A stretch of 64,000 nucleotides of DNA. Source: Octopus vulgaris (Eukaryota). Where the stretch lies: NCBI GenBank assembly GCA_951406725.2, contig OX597835.1, forward strand, positions 37,572,001 to 37,636,000, written 5' to 3'. The notes below the pieces were generated by a model that worked only from the letters and a program-made list of their open reading frames with translations, was not told the origin of the DNA and did not search any database. The stretch's first letter is position 1, and each line of letters opens with the position of its first letter. Below are positions 13,162 through 26,154 of the stretch, piece by piece. The translations under genes and the position numbers were made by a program.

Positions 13162-13564
13162 CTAGCAGTATCGCCCGGCGTTGCTCGGGTTTGTAAGGGA
13201 AATAACTATATAAGCATTTTTAGAGATGTAAAATATAATAGCCATCTCAATATGGCTAAGCACAAAGTGTGTGGGGGGGTGTTACTGTAGCTTTTTACGT
13301 TCTGAGATTTAATAATACATTTTTAGAGAGTTACTTCCCTTATATAATAGCAAAAAAAATGCATTAAAAATGAGAAAAAATTATGGTAAATTTTTTTTAA
13401 AATCGTAGACTCATCGTAGACACGTGCTAATACCCAGAAGGGCTCGATATGAATCACGACTATAAGATACCCGCTTTTGGTTACACTGCACCGCAAAATG
13501 TGGGAGTAGTTAGGAATCTAAATCGTAGGAGACAGACACACAACTTCACTTTTATATATAAAGA
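13162..13564 (-). mobile_element. Non-autonomous Helitron
   Basis: Minus strand starts TC, ends CTAG, subterminal hairpin CCCGAGCAACGCCGGG, inserted between A and T, no TSD; second copy 46475-46958. Confidence 0.85.
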
Positions 13565-13693
13565 TATCATTCTGCCTAAAAAATGGATCTACAACTTCAA
13601 TATCCCTACATATCTTACATCTATTTTCTTTCCTCCACCTCACTCTCTATTTTGTATCCTATCTAATCTATTACTTAACCATCCTTTCACACC

Positions 13694-13745
13694 GTCTCCG
13701 GTGAAGGGATATAATTAATAAATATCCTGGAAACAGCTATAAAAC
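13694..13745 (+). ncRNA. Degenerate type-I hammerhead-like fold in a TA-anchored element
   Basis: GTCT-CCGGTGA-stem GGATAT/ATATCC-GAAA-CAGCTA-TA; several core and stem mismatches. Confidence 0.45.
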
Positions 13746-13821
13746 CTTCTATCTATAAATGTTTAATATCTACACAGCCTTGGTTTTTTTATCTCATTAC
13801 ACAAGAAATTTATATATATAT

Positions 13822-14129
13822 ATAAGATGTAGGACAAGATTCTGTGATAGCCTGGGCTTCCGAGGCCCACAGCTCTTCAATATCCTCCCGAAGAACCTGA
13901 GAGACCTGCATGGGGTAGATGCAGATGTCTTTAAAATGAAACTGGATCTCTTCCTGTCAGGTGTCCCAGATGAACCAACTTCCCGGCAGGAGGTGCAGAT
14001 GAGGGCAGCTGCATCGAACTCTCTCATGCACCAAATGGCAGTTGCTAAAAAGCTTTTGTGAAGTAAAACCAAGTAGCAACACCAAATGGCGGTGCCCCAG
14101 CATGGCCACAGCTCATAAGCTGAAACTAG

Positions 14130-14160
<31 letters not shown>
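13822..14160 (+). mobile_element. CR1-group LINE 3' end
   Basis: ORF end SLGFRGPQLFNILP..FKMKLDLFLSGVPDEP..RAAASNSL, stop 14061, short 3'UTR, (ATCA)n tail. Confidence 0.75.
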
Positions 14161-14161
<1 letters not shown>

Positions 14162-14243
14162 TATTATTGGATAATGAAGCAAATTGTTTACATCTGATAG
14201 GGTAGCTTACTTCTCGTATATTCCATCATCCATCTTTCATTTG

Positions 14244-14297
<54 letters not shown>

Positions 14298-14409
14298 ATT
14301 TATGTGCCTGTGTTTGTGTCCCCCCCCCAACCATTATTGCTTAACGTGTAGAACAATAAAATAGCAATAAAGAATCCCCCATGAAGGGCATTCTGGGAAA
14401 TCCCATTGG

Positions 14410-14575
14410 GAAATTTGGCCCCTTTAAAATAAAAGTACAACTCATTTTTACCAGGTGAGTTAAGTGGAGCAACATGAAATAAAGTGTCTTGCTCAAGGAC
14501 ACAACACACTGTTAGGAATCAAACTCACAATGTTAGGATCATGAGTCAAATACTCCTAACCACTAAGCCACTCAT
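14410..14575 (-). mobile_element. SINE family D, 5' half
   Basis: GGAGCAACATGAAATAAAGTGTCTTGCTCAAGG..CTAACCACTAAGCCAC matches 52105-52240 reversed. Confidence 0.75.
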
Positions 14576-14755
14576 GTTCCCTTGTCTGTATGTTTGAGGT
14601 ATGTGTGAGTGTATATATATGTGTGTGTGTGTGTGTATCTATGTATGTGTGTATATGTATATATACACATATATATATGTATATATATGTATATATATAC
14701 ATGTATGTATGTATATATGTGTATATATATGTATGTATATATGTGTATATGTATG

Positions 14756-14796
<41 letters not shown>

Positions 14797-14893
14797 ATAT
14801 ATATATATGTGTGTATATGTATGTATGTATGTGTATATGTATGTATGTGTATATATATGTATGTATATATATATATATGTATATACATACATG

Positions 14894-14930
<37 letters not shown>

Positions 14931-14933
<3 letters not shown>

Positions 14934-15087
14934 AGTAATTGAATGAATTATCTTATTAAGGATAATTCGAAAGATAACCGATACCTGGGTAGCAAATTCT
15001 ACCTGGTAGGAATATGCAGCCTTCGAAACATATGTCGAGAATAAAGGATATTTGTTAACTAGTCGTTCAACTCCATTCTTTCATATA

Positions 15088-15090
<3 letters not shown>
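14931..15090 (+). mobile_element. TA-anchored element with 3' half of a hammerhead-like fold
   Basis: GCAGCCTTCGAAACATATGTCGAGAAT homologous to 28250-28278; shared end TCGTTCA.CTCCATT. Confidence 0.6.
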
Positions 15091-15174
<84 letters not shown>

Positions 15175-15239
15175 GTATATATATGTATGTATGTATGTAT
15201 ATATATGTATGTATGTATGTATATATATATGTATGTATG

Positions 15240-15288
<49 letters not shown>

Positions 15289-15303
15289 GTATGCATGTAT
15301 GTA

Positions 15304-16533
15304 TCATCATCATCATCATCATCATCGTCGTTTAACGTCCGTTCTCCATGCTAGCATGGGTTGGACGGTTCGACCGGGGTTCTGGGAAGCCAGAAGGCTG
15401 CACCAGGCTCCAGTCTAATCTGGCAATGTTTCTACAGCTGGATGCCCTTCCTAACGCCAACCACTCCGTGAGTGTAGTGGGTGCTTTTTACGTGCCACCT
15501 GCACAGGTGCCAGGCGGGGCTGGCAACGGCCACGGTCAGATTGGTGTATTTTATGTGCCACCAGCACGGAAGCCAGTCGAGGCGGTGCTGGCATCGGCCA
15601 CGAGTCGGATAGTGCTTTTTACGTACCACCAGACCAGGGATCCTGGCTGGTTCAATTCGATTTCAATTTCGCTTGCCCCAACATGTCTTCACAGGCAAAG
15701 GGGGTTGGCAAGGGTGCCTGTCGTACGGTCGTATTGGAGTATTTTACGTGCCACGGCCACGAGTCGGATAGTGCTTTTTACGTACCACCAGACCAGGGAT
15801 CCTGGCTGGTTCAATTCGATTTCGATTTCGCTTGCCCCAACATGTCTTCACAAGCAAAGGGGGTTGGCATGGGTGCCTGTCGTACGGTCGCATTGGAGTA
15901 TTTTACGTGCCACGGCCACGAGTCGGATAGTGCTTTTTATGTACCACCAGGCCAGGGATCCTGGCTGGTTCAATTCGGTTTCGATTTCGATTTCGCTTGC
16001 CCCAACATGTCTTCGCAAGCATGGGGGGTTGGCATGGGTGTCTGTCGTCGGATGAGGTTCTATATCGACTTCGCTTGCCTCAACCGGTCTTTGTGTCCAA
16101 GGGAGGAAAGGCATTCATAAGTGGGCTGGGCTCACTTGTCCTGCCTGGTCTTCTCACGTACTGAATATTTCCAAAGGTCTCGGTCTCTGGTCATTTCCTC
16201 AGTGAGGCCTAAAGTTCGAAGGTCGTGCTTCACCACCTCATCCCAGGTTTTCCTGGGTCTACCTCTTCCACGGGTTCCCTCAACTGCTAGGGATTGGCAC
16301 TTTCTCACACACCTATCTTCATCTATTCTCGCCACATGACCATACCAGCGCAATCGTCTCTCTTGCACACCACAACTGATGCTTCTTAGGTACAACATTT
16401 CTCTCAAGGTGCTAACGCTCTGTCGAGTATGTACACTGACATTACACATCCATCGGAGCATACTGGCTTCATTCCTCACGAGCTTACGCATGTCCTCAGC
16501 AGTCACGGCCCATGTTTCGCTGCCATGTAGCAT
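15304..16533 (-). mobile_element. 5'-truncated RTE-clade LINE (likely parent of family E)
   Basis: ORF C-terminus MLHGSETWAVT..RRLRWYGHVAR..GTRGRGRPRKTWDEVV..DLWKY, stop 16132-16134; about 830-bp 3'UTR ending in (GAT)n. Confidence 0.92.
15595..16050. repeat. 159-bp tandem triplication within the RTE 3'UTR
   Basis: CGGCCACGAGTCGGATAGTGC at about 15595, 15754 and 15913. Confidence 0.9.
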
Positions 16534-16559
16534 ATGTGTATATATATATATATAGATAG

Positions 16560-16737
16560 ATACATACACACACACACCCATATGACTGGCTTCCTTTAGT
16601 TTCTGTCTATCGAATCTACTCACAAAACTTTGGTCAGCCTGAGACTATTGTAGAAAACACTTGCCCAAGGTGCCATGCAGTAGGACTGAACCCTGAACCA
16701 TGTGTTTGGTAAGCAAGCTACTTACCACACTCCTGCA
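16560..16737 (-). mobile_element. SINE family A, 5' half
   Basis: ACTTGCCCAAGGTGCCATGCAG..AAGCAAGCTACTTACCACAC. Confidence 0.85.
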
Positions 16738-17649
16738 TTATATATATATATATATATATATGTATATCTGTATATCTACACCTATTTCTATTACCTATGT
16801 ATTGTCTGTCTATTTATCTGTGTGTGTGTGTATGTGCAAATATGGATGTGCGCAATGGATGAATGGTTATACATACGTCTGTCCATATAGATGGTTGCAC
16901 CAATGAATGGATACACAAGCAATGAGGTGATGCTTGGTCCAGCCAAAACCCAAACCACTATTCTTGCATTCCTGCATTCTTGCATCCAACAACATCTCCT
17001 CGCCAAAAGAACTACAGATATATACATTTAAGATTAGGTCATATTATTTCTTTTGGAAGAATTCTTTGGAAAACCTGGCAGTTTGTCGACTATGTTGAAT
17101 ATTCGCTGCTTTTAGTTTCTTCCATCTTTTAGTTTGATGAAGCTAAACTCAGGAATTTAAAGAGGAAGCTGAGAAATTCAATAGTAAAATAGATCTGAGA
17201 GGATGTAGTAGAAGAACAAAGAAAAAAATAGTAAGAATTTTTTGCTTTAAGAATTTGCATTATTTTGGTTTTTGTGTAGGAAATGTGGAGGAGTTTTATG
17301 ATGGGCGAGGTTTGAGATGAATTTGATCTTGAAAGTTATGTAAAGGGTAATGAATTTGGCACAAATATTTGAGGTGAGTTCTTCAAGCTGGATATTAATA
17401 CTTCATGTTTCCCAAAATTTTTTGGCACAAACAATGGAGAAGAACTTTCAGAACTGGATACTGACGAAGCATATATAAATTTAGCTAAGGTCTTAGGTTC
17501 AAAACTTACTTTGGGTTTGCTTTGTGTTTGTGGTTGTTGTTATTTTGCTATTCTCATCATTGTTGTTGTTCAGTAGATGTATAGGCTAAGACATTCCAGC
17601 CATGGCCATCTCATTATATTTTTAATAATCTCTTAAATATATGGACAAA

Positions 17650-18252
17650 TGTGGCTGAGTGGTTAAAATGTTTGATTCCCAACCTGATGGTTTCAGGTTC
17701 TGTCCCTCTGTATGGCACCTTGGTCAAGTCTCTTTGAGTATAGCTCTGGGTCAACCAGATCCTTGTCATTAGCTTTGGTAGATGGAAACTGAAAGAAGCC
17801 CGTTGTATACACTTATACAAATATATATATTCTTTCTTTCTCTTGCTTGTTTTAGTCATTTGAATGTGGCCATGCTGGAGTACTGTCTTGATGGGTTTTA
17901 GTCAAACAAATCGACTCCAGGACTTATTTCTTAAGCCTAGTACTTATTCTTATCGGTCTCTTTTGCTGAACTGCTAAGTTACAGGGATGTAAATACGCCA
18001 GCACAGGTTGTCAAGCAGTGATGGGGGATAAACACAAAGACACACATAAATACACACATGCACGCGCACACACACACACACACATACACACATGAAGAGC
18101 TTCTTTCAGTTTCTGTCTACGAAATCCACTCATGTGGCTTTGGCCAACCTGAGGGTATAGTAGAAGACATTTGCACAAACTGCCATGCAGTGAGACTGAA
18201 CTCGGAACCATGTGGTTGGGAAGCAAGTTTATTACTACACAGCCACATGCAC
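17650..18252. mobile_element. Two family A SINEs in inverted arrangement
   Basis: Plus head 17650-17810; full minus copy 17832-18252. Confidence 0.85.
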
Positions 18253-18487
18253 AGACATACACACACACACACATGTGTATGTATATATATACATGTGTGT
18301 ATGTGAGTGTGTTTGTTAGTGTCCCTTTGTGTTTCAGCATCATATTACAATGGTGAATGAATGTCAGCAGAAATACAATCTTCAAAGAAATTGTCTGGTC
18401 ACAGGAAAATATTAGTTTATTTGGAGAGAAGAAGGGTATCCAGCAGCGGAAAGATGTCTGAGCCATTTAAAAAGTGGACATTAAACT

Positions 18488-18895
18488 GATGATGATGATG
18501 ATGAAGGTGGTGATGATGATGCTTGTTGTGATGATTATGATGATGATGATGATGATGATGATGGTAGTGATGGGTTGAAGGAAATGGTGATGATAATGAT
18601 GATGAGGATGATGGTTGTGGTGATGATGATGATGGTAGCGATGGGGATGAAGGAGATGGTGATGATGGTGATGATGATGAAGGTGATGATGATGATGAAG
18701 GTGATGGTGGTGATGATGATGACGGTGATGGTGATGGTGATGATGATGATAAAAATAATGATGATGATGAGGAGGAGAATGGTGATAGTAATGATGATAA
18801 TGAGGATGATGACAATGAGGACGATGATGATGACGATTATAACTTTGAGGACAATGATGACAACAAACGATGGTGAAGAAGAAGAAGATGATGAA
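18488..18895. repeat. (GAT)n-rich array following a degraded family E tail
   Basis: GTGGACATTAAACTGATGATG at about 18473. Confidence 0.85.
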
Positions 18896-19414
18896 AGAAG
18901 AATGCTGAGGGATGGGAAATGGAGTGGAAAGAAAGAAGCTAAGACAATTCCTGTGTCTTCTGTTGACTTTGTTATCTCTCGTATCTCTGCAATTTCCTTT
19001 AAAGGTAATACAGTGAAACTTAAAGGGAGATTTGACTGCTATTTCTAGCACAGACAGGCTTTCTCATTAGCTCATTCCTTGTTGAATTACTAGTTGTGGT
19101 GGTGATAATAAAACTTGGAGGAGGGATTAATTAAAATAAGAAGAATTGATTTGAAATATAATTAGACTTTTGCACTTGAAAATAATTTGTAACAGTCAAA
19201 TACGAGTTCAGGTAAAACATTTATTTGCTGGAATCTTTGGTTATATAGCTTTTCCGGATCACTGATTTTTCCAGACCAAGGGTCAATATACTCTAATTAA
19301 ACAAATATTAATTTACCTACATAATTAATTGAAATACTTAGACCTGTCCATTAGTGTAAATTAGCACAGATTATAAGAGATTCCAGATCATCAGTGTCTG
19401 GAAAGTTGGTATTA

Positions 19415-19890
<476 letters not shown>

Positions 19891-20058
19891 ATCTACACAG
19901 TCCCTATTGATTGGCTTCCTTTTTTTTTCTTTCCATGATCCCTTTTGATCAAAATTCTGAACCCCACCCCCACCATTTTCCTCTCTTTCCCAAAAGAAAA
20001 GCTCTACTTTGTATTTTGTCCCCTCTGTGTTCAGCCTTGTGTGGCTAATAAAGAAACA

Positions 20059-20139
<81 letters not shown>

Positions 20140-20175
20140 GTCTATCTATTACCTTTCATCTTTATTTTACTTTTT

Positions 20176-20548
20176 CCAGTCATTAGACTGTGGCCATGCT
20201 GGGGCATCACCTTGAAGAATCTTAGTCAAATCAATTGACCCTAGTGCTTATCCTTTTTTTTTTAGCTTGGTACCTATCCTACTGGTTTCTTTTGACAAAC
20301 TGCTAAGTTATGGGGATGTAAACACACCAACACTGGTTCTCAAGTGGTGGAGGGGAAGGACAAACACATACATGCACATATGATGGGCTTCTTTCAGTTT
20401 CCGTCAACCAAATCCACACACAAGGCTTTGGGCCAATCGAAGCTATAGTAGAAGATACTTGCCCAAGGTACCACGCAATGGGACTGAACCCAGAACCGTA
20501 TGGTTGGGAAGCAAGCTTTTTTTTTTACCACACAGCCATGCCTGCATC
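20176..20548 (-). mobile_element. SINE family A, full length
   Basis: Both halves present. Confidence 0.85.
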
Positions 20549-20575
20549 TATAATCTTTGCATCCAAAATTTTTGG

Positions 20576-20609
<34 letters not shown>

Positions 20610-20789
20610 ATGAAAAGTTGAGAAGTTAATGATGGCTGAGTTTGAGGTGAGATGATCTTGAAAGTTATATGAAGGGCAGAGAGTATTTGAGGTGAGTTCT
20701 CACATTTGGGTATTGATAAACACATATTTCCCAGAAATTTTGGCACAAATAATGGCACGAAACTTTCAGAACTGGATACTTAGATTGTG

Positions 20790-21009
20790 TACTCTTTTTT
20801 ACTCTTTTTACTTGTTTCAGTCATGTGACTGTGGCCATGCTGGAGCACCGCCTTTAGTCGAGCAAATCGACCCCAGGACTTATTCTTTGTAAGCCTAGTA
20901 CTTATTCTATCGGTCTCTTTTGCCGAACCGCTAAGTTATGAGGACGTAAACGCACCAGCATCGGTTGTCAAGTGATGTTGTGGAGACAAACACAGACACA
21001 CAAACATAT

Positions 21010-21058
<49 letters not shown>

Positions 21059-21216
21059 TACGACAGGCTTCTTTCAGTTTCCGTCTACCAAATCCACTCA
21101 CAAGGCTTTGGTTGGCCCGAGGCTATAGTAGAAGACACTTGCCCAAGGTGCCACGTAGTGGGACTGAACCCGGAACCATGTTGGTAAGCAAGCTACTTAC
21201 CACACAGCCACTCCTG
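20790..21216 (-). mobile_element. SINE family A, full length, best-preserved copy
   Basis: tRNA-like head with A/B-box-like TGGCTGTGTGG / GGTTCAGTCCC, internal (TA/TG)n, tail GGCGGTGCTCCAGCATGGCCACAGTC..ACTGAAACAAGT. Confidence 0.92.
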
Positions 21217-21689
21217 TGTGTGTATCTCTTATTGTTTATCTTTTTCAGCTATTAGACTGTGGCCATGCTGGGGTCTTAAGTTCAAATTCTTCCTGGTTTG
21301 ACTTTGCTCCTGTTATTCATTTGTTATTGGTTTATGATCGAAGTCATTTCATCCATGACCATCTCATTTATTTTTTTTTTATCCCCTCCTTCATCGTTGA
21401 CTCTCAATAGTCTGAGAAAGACAGTTTTGTAATTTCTCATTGAACAACCTGCTCGGATGATTTGTTTATAGTGATCGAATAGTCATGTGGTACATAAGCT
21501 CCTTCCCCCCATCAACTTGGAGAACTTTTAGTCGAAATGAATTGACCCATGTACTTATTTTAAGCCTGGTACTCATTCTGTTGGTCTCTCTTGCTGAACT
21601 GCTAAGTTACCTAGATGTAAACACATCACCGATTGTCAAGATGTGGTTAGGGACAAATGCAGATGCAAAGACATATACATACGTGTATA

Positions 21690-21738
<49 letters not shown>

Positions 21739-21882
21739 ATGTATATATATATATATATGTGTGTGTGTATATATATATATGTGTATATATATATATATAT
21801 ATATGTGTGTATATATATATGTGTGTATATATATATATGTGTATATATATATATATATGTGTATATATATATATATGTGTGT

Positions 21883-21928
<46 letters not shown>

Positions 21929-21975
21929 TATATATATATATATATATACACACACATATATATATATATATATAT

Positions 21976-22475
21976 AAATGTAATATGTGACAATTATTCG
22001 GTAGCCATGATAAAACTCCGAGTTTCAGAAGCCAAGGTGGAAATCCATGCCGCCATTGGAAAAATGCTATGAAAAATGACCGTTATACAAAGGGAAATTA
22101 CTGTGTGATTGACCGTTATTAAGACAAAAGAGCTAAGTAAGGAGAGGGAGTAAAGTAAGGGGTAAAAAGTTCATAGTATTCGCATAAGCACGCCTGTTCA
22201 TACCTACACATTAGCAGTCATTCAAATAGCTTTTTTGTCTTAATAACTTTCAATCACACAGTTATTTCCCTTTGAATAACGGTCATTTTTCATGGCATTT
22301 TTCCGATGACCAGATAACTGAAGAGATGGCGGCGTGGATTTCCACCTTGGCATCCGAAACTCAGAGTTTTATCATGGCTACCAAATAATTGTCACATATT
22401 ACATTTACAGATAAATTCCTCTATTTACATAATATCGTGGTCTCTTTCTTTCTTTTGTTATCTTACCATTTTTAT

Positions 22476-22480
<5 letters not shown>
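21976..22480. mobile_element. (TA)n-embedded fold-back element (Penelope-like terminus) with hammerhead
   Basis: Inverted arms about 21976-22135 / 22228-22407; second partial copy 56965-57118. Confidence 0.8.
22313..22373 (+). ncRNA. Type-I hammerhead ribozyme candidate
   Basis: Stem I GATAA/TTATC; core CTGAAGA; stem II GATG../..CATC; GAAA; stem III CTC-A-GAG; GUU triplet. Confidence 0.65.
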
Positions 22481-22502
<22 letters not shown>

Positions 22503-22509
<7 letters not shown>

Positions 22510-23098
22510 CAAAGGTAAGGACCAAAATCCTTCAAACGGATGTAAAACATCCAAGTCTGATGGTTCAATCCAAGCAAAGAATATATAAAAGCTATATATT
22601 CAGGATTGGTATAATCAATAAAGTATAAGGAAAAGAAAAAAAAGTATAGGCATAGATGATCTTTGATCCAAAGTTTGTACAAATCCATTGAAGATTCTAC
22701 GAATCATTTCCAAGCCTAATTAATTCCAAAAACAAAATGAAAAAAATAATGAAAATGAAAACAAAATTTGGCTTTTCTTCAGGAATTCATTATTGGAATA
22801 AATAGGTTCAACCAACAACAAGAAAAAAATATAAAGACCTTTAATAGCCCAGACAGGAACAAACAATTAAATTATCAAAGGTCTTTATATATATGTTTTT
22901 GTTTTTATGTTGGTCGAAACTATTCATTCCAATAATGAATTCCTGAGAAAAAGCCTAATTTTGATTTCAAAAGGATTATATTTTCCGTTTTGTTTTTGGA
23001 ATTAATTAGGCTTGGAAACAATTTGTAGAATGTTTATTGGATTTGTACCAACTTTGTATTAAAGATCATCTAGACCTATATTTTTTTCCTTTCCTTAT

Positions 23099-23105
<7 letters not shown>
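22503..23105. mobile_element. (TA)n-embedded fold-back element, about 230-bp diverged arms
   Basis: 22618-22846 inverted against 22871-23105. Confidence 0.8.
22694..22786 (-). ncRNA. Type-I hammerhead ribozyme candidate
   Basis: Minus strand: ATTC-CTGAAGA-AAAGCCAAATT..AATTAGGCTTG-GAAA-TGATTCG-TA-GAAT; mirrored copy on plus 22939-23031 with altered core CTGAGAA. Confidence 0.6.
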
Positions 23106-23158
<53 letters not shown>

Positions 23159-23396
23159 GGTTTGGAGATGATGTACAGGTATTTTATATTAGAAGAAATG
23201 AGGTACTCAGAAATTTGGATGGTTTTATATTTACAGGTATTTATTTGTATATTACATGTTTTTATATATCATATAACTTATACCATATATCATATATTAG
23301 TGCTTTCGTCCATTCTGGTGGGGTTTTCAAATTGAACTAAGTTCCTGTGGAAAAATGTTGACCATTTTATAGTGTTATTGAGTGTGTAGTTATTGA

Positions 23397-23441
<45 letters not shown>

Positions 23442-23478
23442 AACACTCATATATCCTGCCCACAGCAATTTAATTTTA

Positions 23479-23936
23479 GGTGCAGGTGTGGCTGTATGGT
23501 AAGAAGCTTGCTTTCCAACCACAAGGTTCTAGGTTCAGTTCTACAGTGTGGAACTGAGAGTAAGTTCCTTCTACTATAGCCTTGCACTGACGAAAGCCTT
23601 GTGAGTGTATTTGGTAGAGAGAAACTGAAAGAAGCCTGTTGTGTGTGTGTATGTGTGTATGTATGTATGTATGTATGTATGTATGTATGTATGTATGTAT
23701 GTATGTATGTATGTATGTATGTATGTATGTATATATATATGTGTGTGTATGTATCTGTGTTTGTGCCCCCAATCACTGCTTGGCAACTGCTGTTGGTATG
23801 TTTACATCCCTGCAACTTAGTGGTTTGGCAAAACAGAGCAACAAAATAAGTGCCAGGCTTAAGAAATAGGTTCTGAAGTTGATTTGTTCAGGCGTTGGTC
23901 CAGCATGGCTACAATCAAATGATTGAAAGTAAAAGT
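23479..23936 (+). mobile_element. SINE family A, full length
   Basis: Head, internal (TATG)n, tail. Confidence 0.88.
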
Positions 23937-23954
23937 ATATATATACATATATAT

Positions 23955-24256
23955 GACCGTGACCGACCAGGCTATCAGATGTTGCTACACATCGCTGGTC
24001 ACAATGTGCTTCGCATTGTTTTAGCCTTCATATGACGCTACCTAGCTGGCTAAGTGAGCAGGCCAACAGAAGAGAGAGTGAGAGAAATTTGTGGTGAAAG
24101 AGTACAGCAGGGTTCGCCACCACCCCCTGCCAGAGCCTTGTGGAGCTTTTAGGTGTTTTCGCTCAATAAACACTCACAACGCCCGGTCTAGGAATCGAAA
24201 CCGCGATCCTACGACAGCGAGTCCGCTGCCCTTAACCACTGGGCCATTGCGCCTAC
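23955..24256 (-). mobile_element. SINE family C with tail 1
   Basis: Matches 26155-26464. Confidence 0.92.
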
Positions 24257-24288
24257 ACACATACATACATACATACATACATACATAC

Positions 24289-24445
24289 AATGGGCTTCTT
24301 TCAGTTTCTGTCTACCAAATCCATTCACAAGGCTTTGGGTGGGTTGAGACTGTAACAGAAGGTACTTGCCCAAGGTGCCATACAGTGGGATTGAACCCAG
24401 AGCTATGTAGTTGGGAAGCAGGTGTCTTACCACACAGTCATATTT
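24289..24445 (-). mobile_element. SINE family A, 5' half
   Basis: GGGCTTCTTTCAGTTTCTGTCTACCAAATCC. Confidence 0.85.
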
Positions 24446-25014
24446 GCAGTATCTTTCTTGCTCGTAAATTTTGAAAATGAAATAAAATTTTTCCTGATAA
24501 ATGCGTTAGGTTACCCAACAGAAAACTGTCAAAATTCATTAAATTAATGACTATACCAATGAGAGTTAGGAAAAATATAAATTTAATTAAGAAAAATTAC
24601 GTTTTTACCATTGCTGCTCATTAATGATATTACTAGATTATCTCTCCCCCAAGAAAGTAGCAATATTTGTGAAATTAGTAGTTATACTAACGAGAGAAGA
24701 GAAATAAAAATTAATTTAACCAATGATGAAGAGGGGAAAAAAATTTTAATCTAATCTGGAAAAATAAATTTTTACCATTTACTGCACATTGCAATGTGTT
24801 GCTACACATGGCCGTAAATATCATACTTTGGAAAATGATATATCCTTGGAAAAGCAATCTGTGCAACCTGCAGGAAAGCATGGCTGAAAGAAGAGAGAGA
24901 GTGGGAACTGCTAGAAGAACAAATATGCAAGACGGCTGCACAATGAAAGCAACCAAAGGGGCAAAGGAAATAGATGGAATCTTCAAGAAAACACGGTGTG
25001 TCACCTTCGATGGT

Positions 25015-25477
25015 ATAATAATAATAATAATGAAATTATTGTATACAATGCTCAGGTGCACCACAACTTGTCAGAAAGTGCATATAAAGGATATGCAGTA
25101 ATGTACAAATGTCTGGAAAGCGAACAATGTATGAGTCAGATACATGCTTGCGTGTGTATGGAGAGGAGAAAATCAGTTGTAGTGTTGGCGAATCTCAGGA
25201 AGCATGGAAGTTTTGAAGGATGCAGTGCTCCGACAACTAACAACTGATGCCGGCAGTTTGTTCCATTCTTCAGCAACTCTCAGCATGAAAAAATGTTTCT
25301 GAAAGTCATGGGAGCTGTGCTGTTTTCTGACTTTGTAAACATGTCCACGGGTGTTAGACAGGTGGAGTTTGAAAAGGTGCTCTGAGTTATTGTTTGTAAG
25401 ATGGTTAATAATTTTATGGGTGTCTGCCAAGTCAGCTGCCAGATGTCGGAGTTTCAATGTGTCCATGCCCAGGGAAG
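25015..25477 (-). mobile_element. CR1-clade LINE 3' fragment
   Basis: DTLKLRHLAADL..HKII..NTRGHVYKV..HFFMLRVAEEWNKLPASVV..SFK; 3'UTR and (TTA)n tail; sister copy 40395-40952. Confidence 0.88.
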
Positions 25478-25479
25478 TA

Positions 25480-25680
25480 ACCTGGGATGATACAATCAGC
25501 TATGCTCAAAGAGAGACCTGCAGAAATGGTAGAATAATGAGGATACAACCAGAGGAATGAAGGAAGAGAGGAAGGCCCATGGAGTGCTACCTTCAAACAC
25601 TTGAAGCAACTTTGTATCGCTTGGAAAGATGCGGGCAATGATCCTCAAAGTTGAAATGGTTGGACACATACACTAGCGTA
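25480..25680 (+). pseudogene. Possible degraded RTE-like ORF end, perhaps continuous with 24800-25014
   Basis: RIQPEE*RKRGRP motif only. Confidence 0.3.
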
Positions 25681-26154
25681 GCTAGAGTGTGTGCTGCCCA
25701 CGCCGGTCCTTCAGTTTGCCACACCTGGACCCCACAAAAGCCACATACTGCCTACAGCAGACCCAAAAGTGCCACCCGAGGTGGACCACCCCTGCCCCCC
25801 ACCCCAGCTACGGTAGTGGAGATGTATAATTTCTCCCAATTCTTTGGCATTAAGGATGTGATTTATGCAGATTACTTACAGGGAGATTATTGCAGGCCTC
25901 ATTCTATGAGGGACTGTCAAAACTACCATATTGAATAGAGTCTACCAAATGCAATGGAATGTAAATCTTGAACCAACCTCTTAAAAGCAGACTCAGCTGC
26001 AAATCATATATGATTTCATAGTTAGTGCACAAAATACACTTTCTAATCTTCAGGGCAGGCATAGTCAAGACACAAAAATGAACGTAAAATCAACATACCA
26101 GACGAACACCAAATGTATCCAGCTTAGTACACAGAGGTATGTAAGATATATATG

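Noticed and set aside
15348-16120. 235-aa and 145-aa ORFs with internal repeats
   Set aside because: Antisense to the repeated RTE 3'UTR
17133-17183. 51-nt plus-strand exon FDEAKLRNLKRKLRNSI
   Set aside because: Good acceptor but weak donor and no recognisable homology
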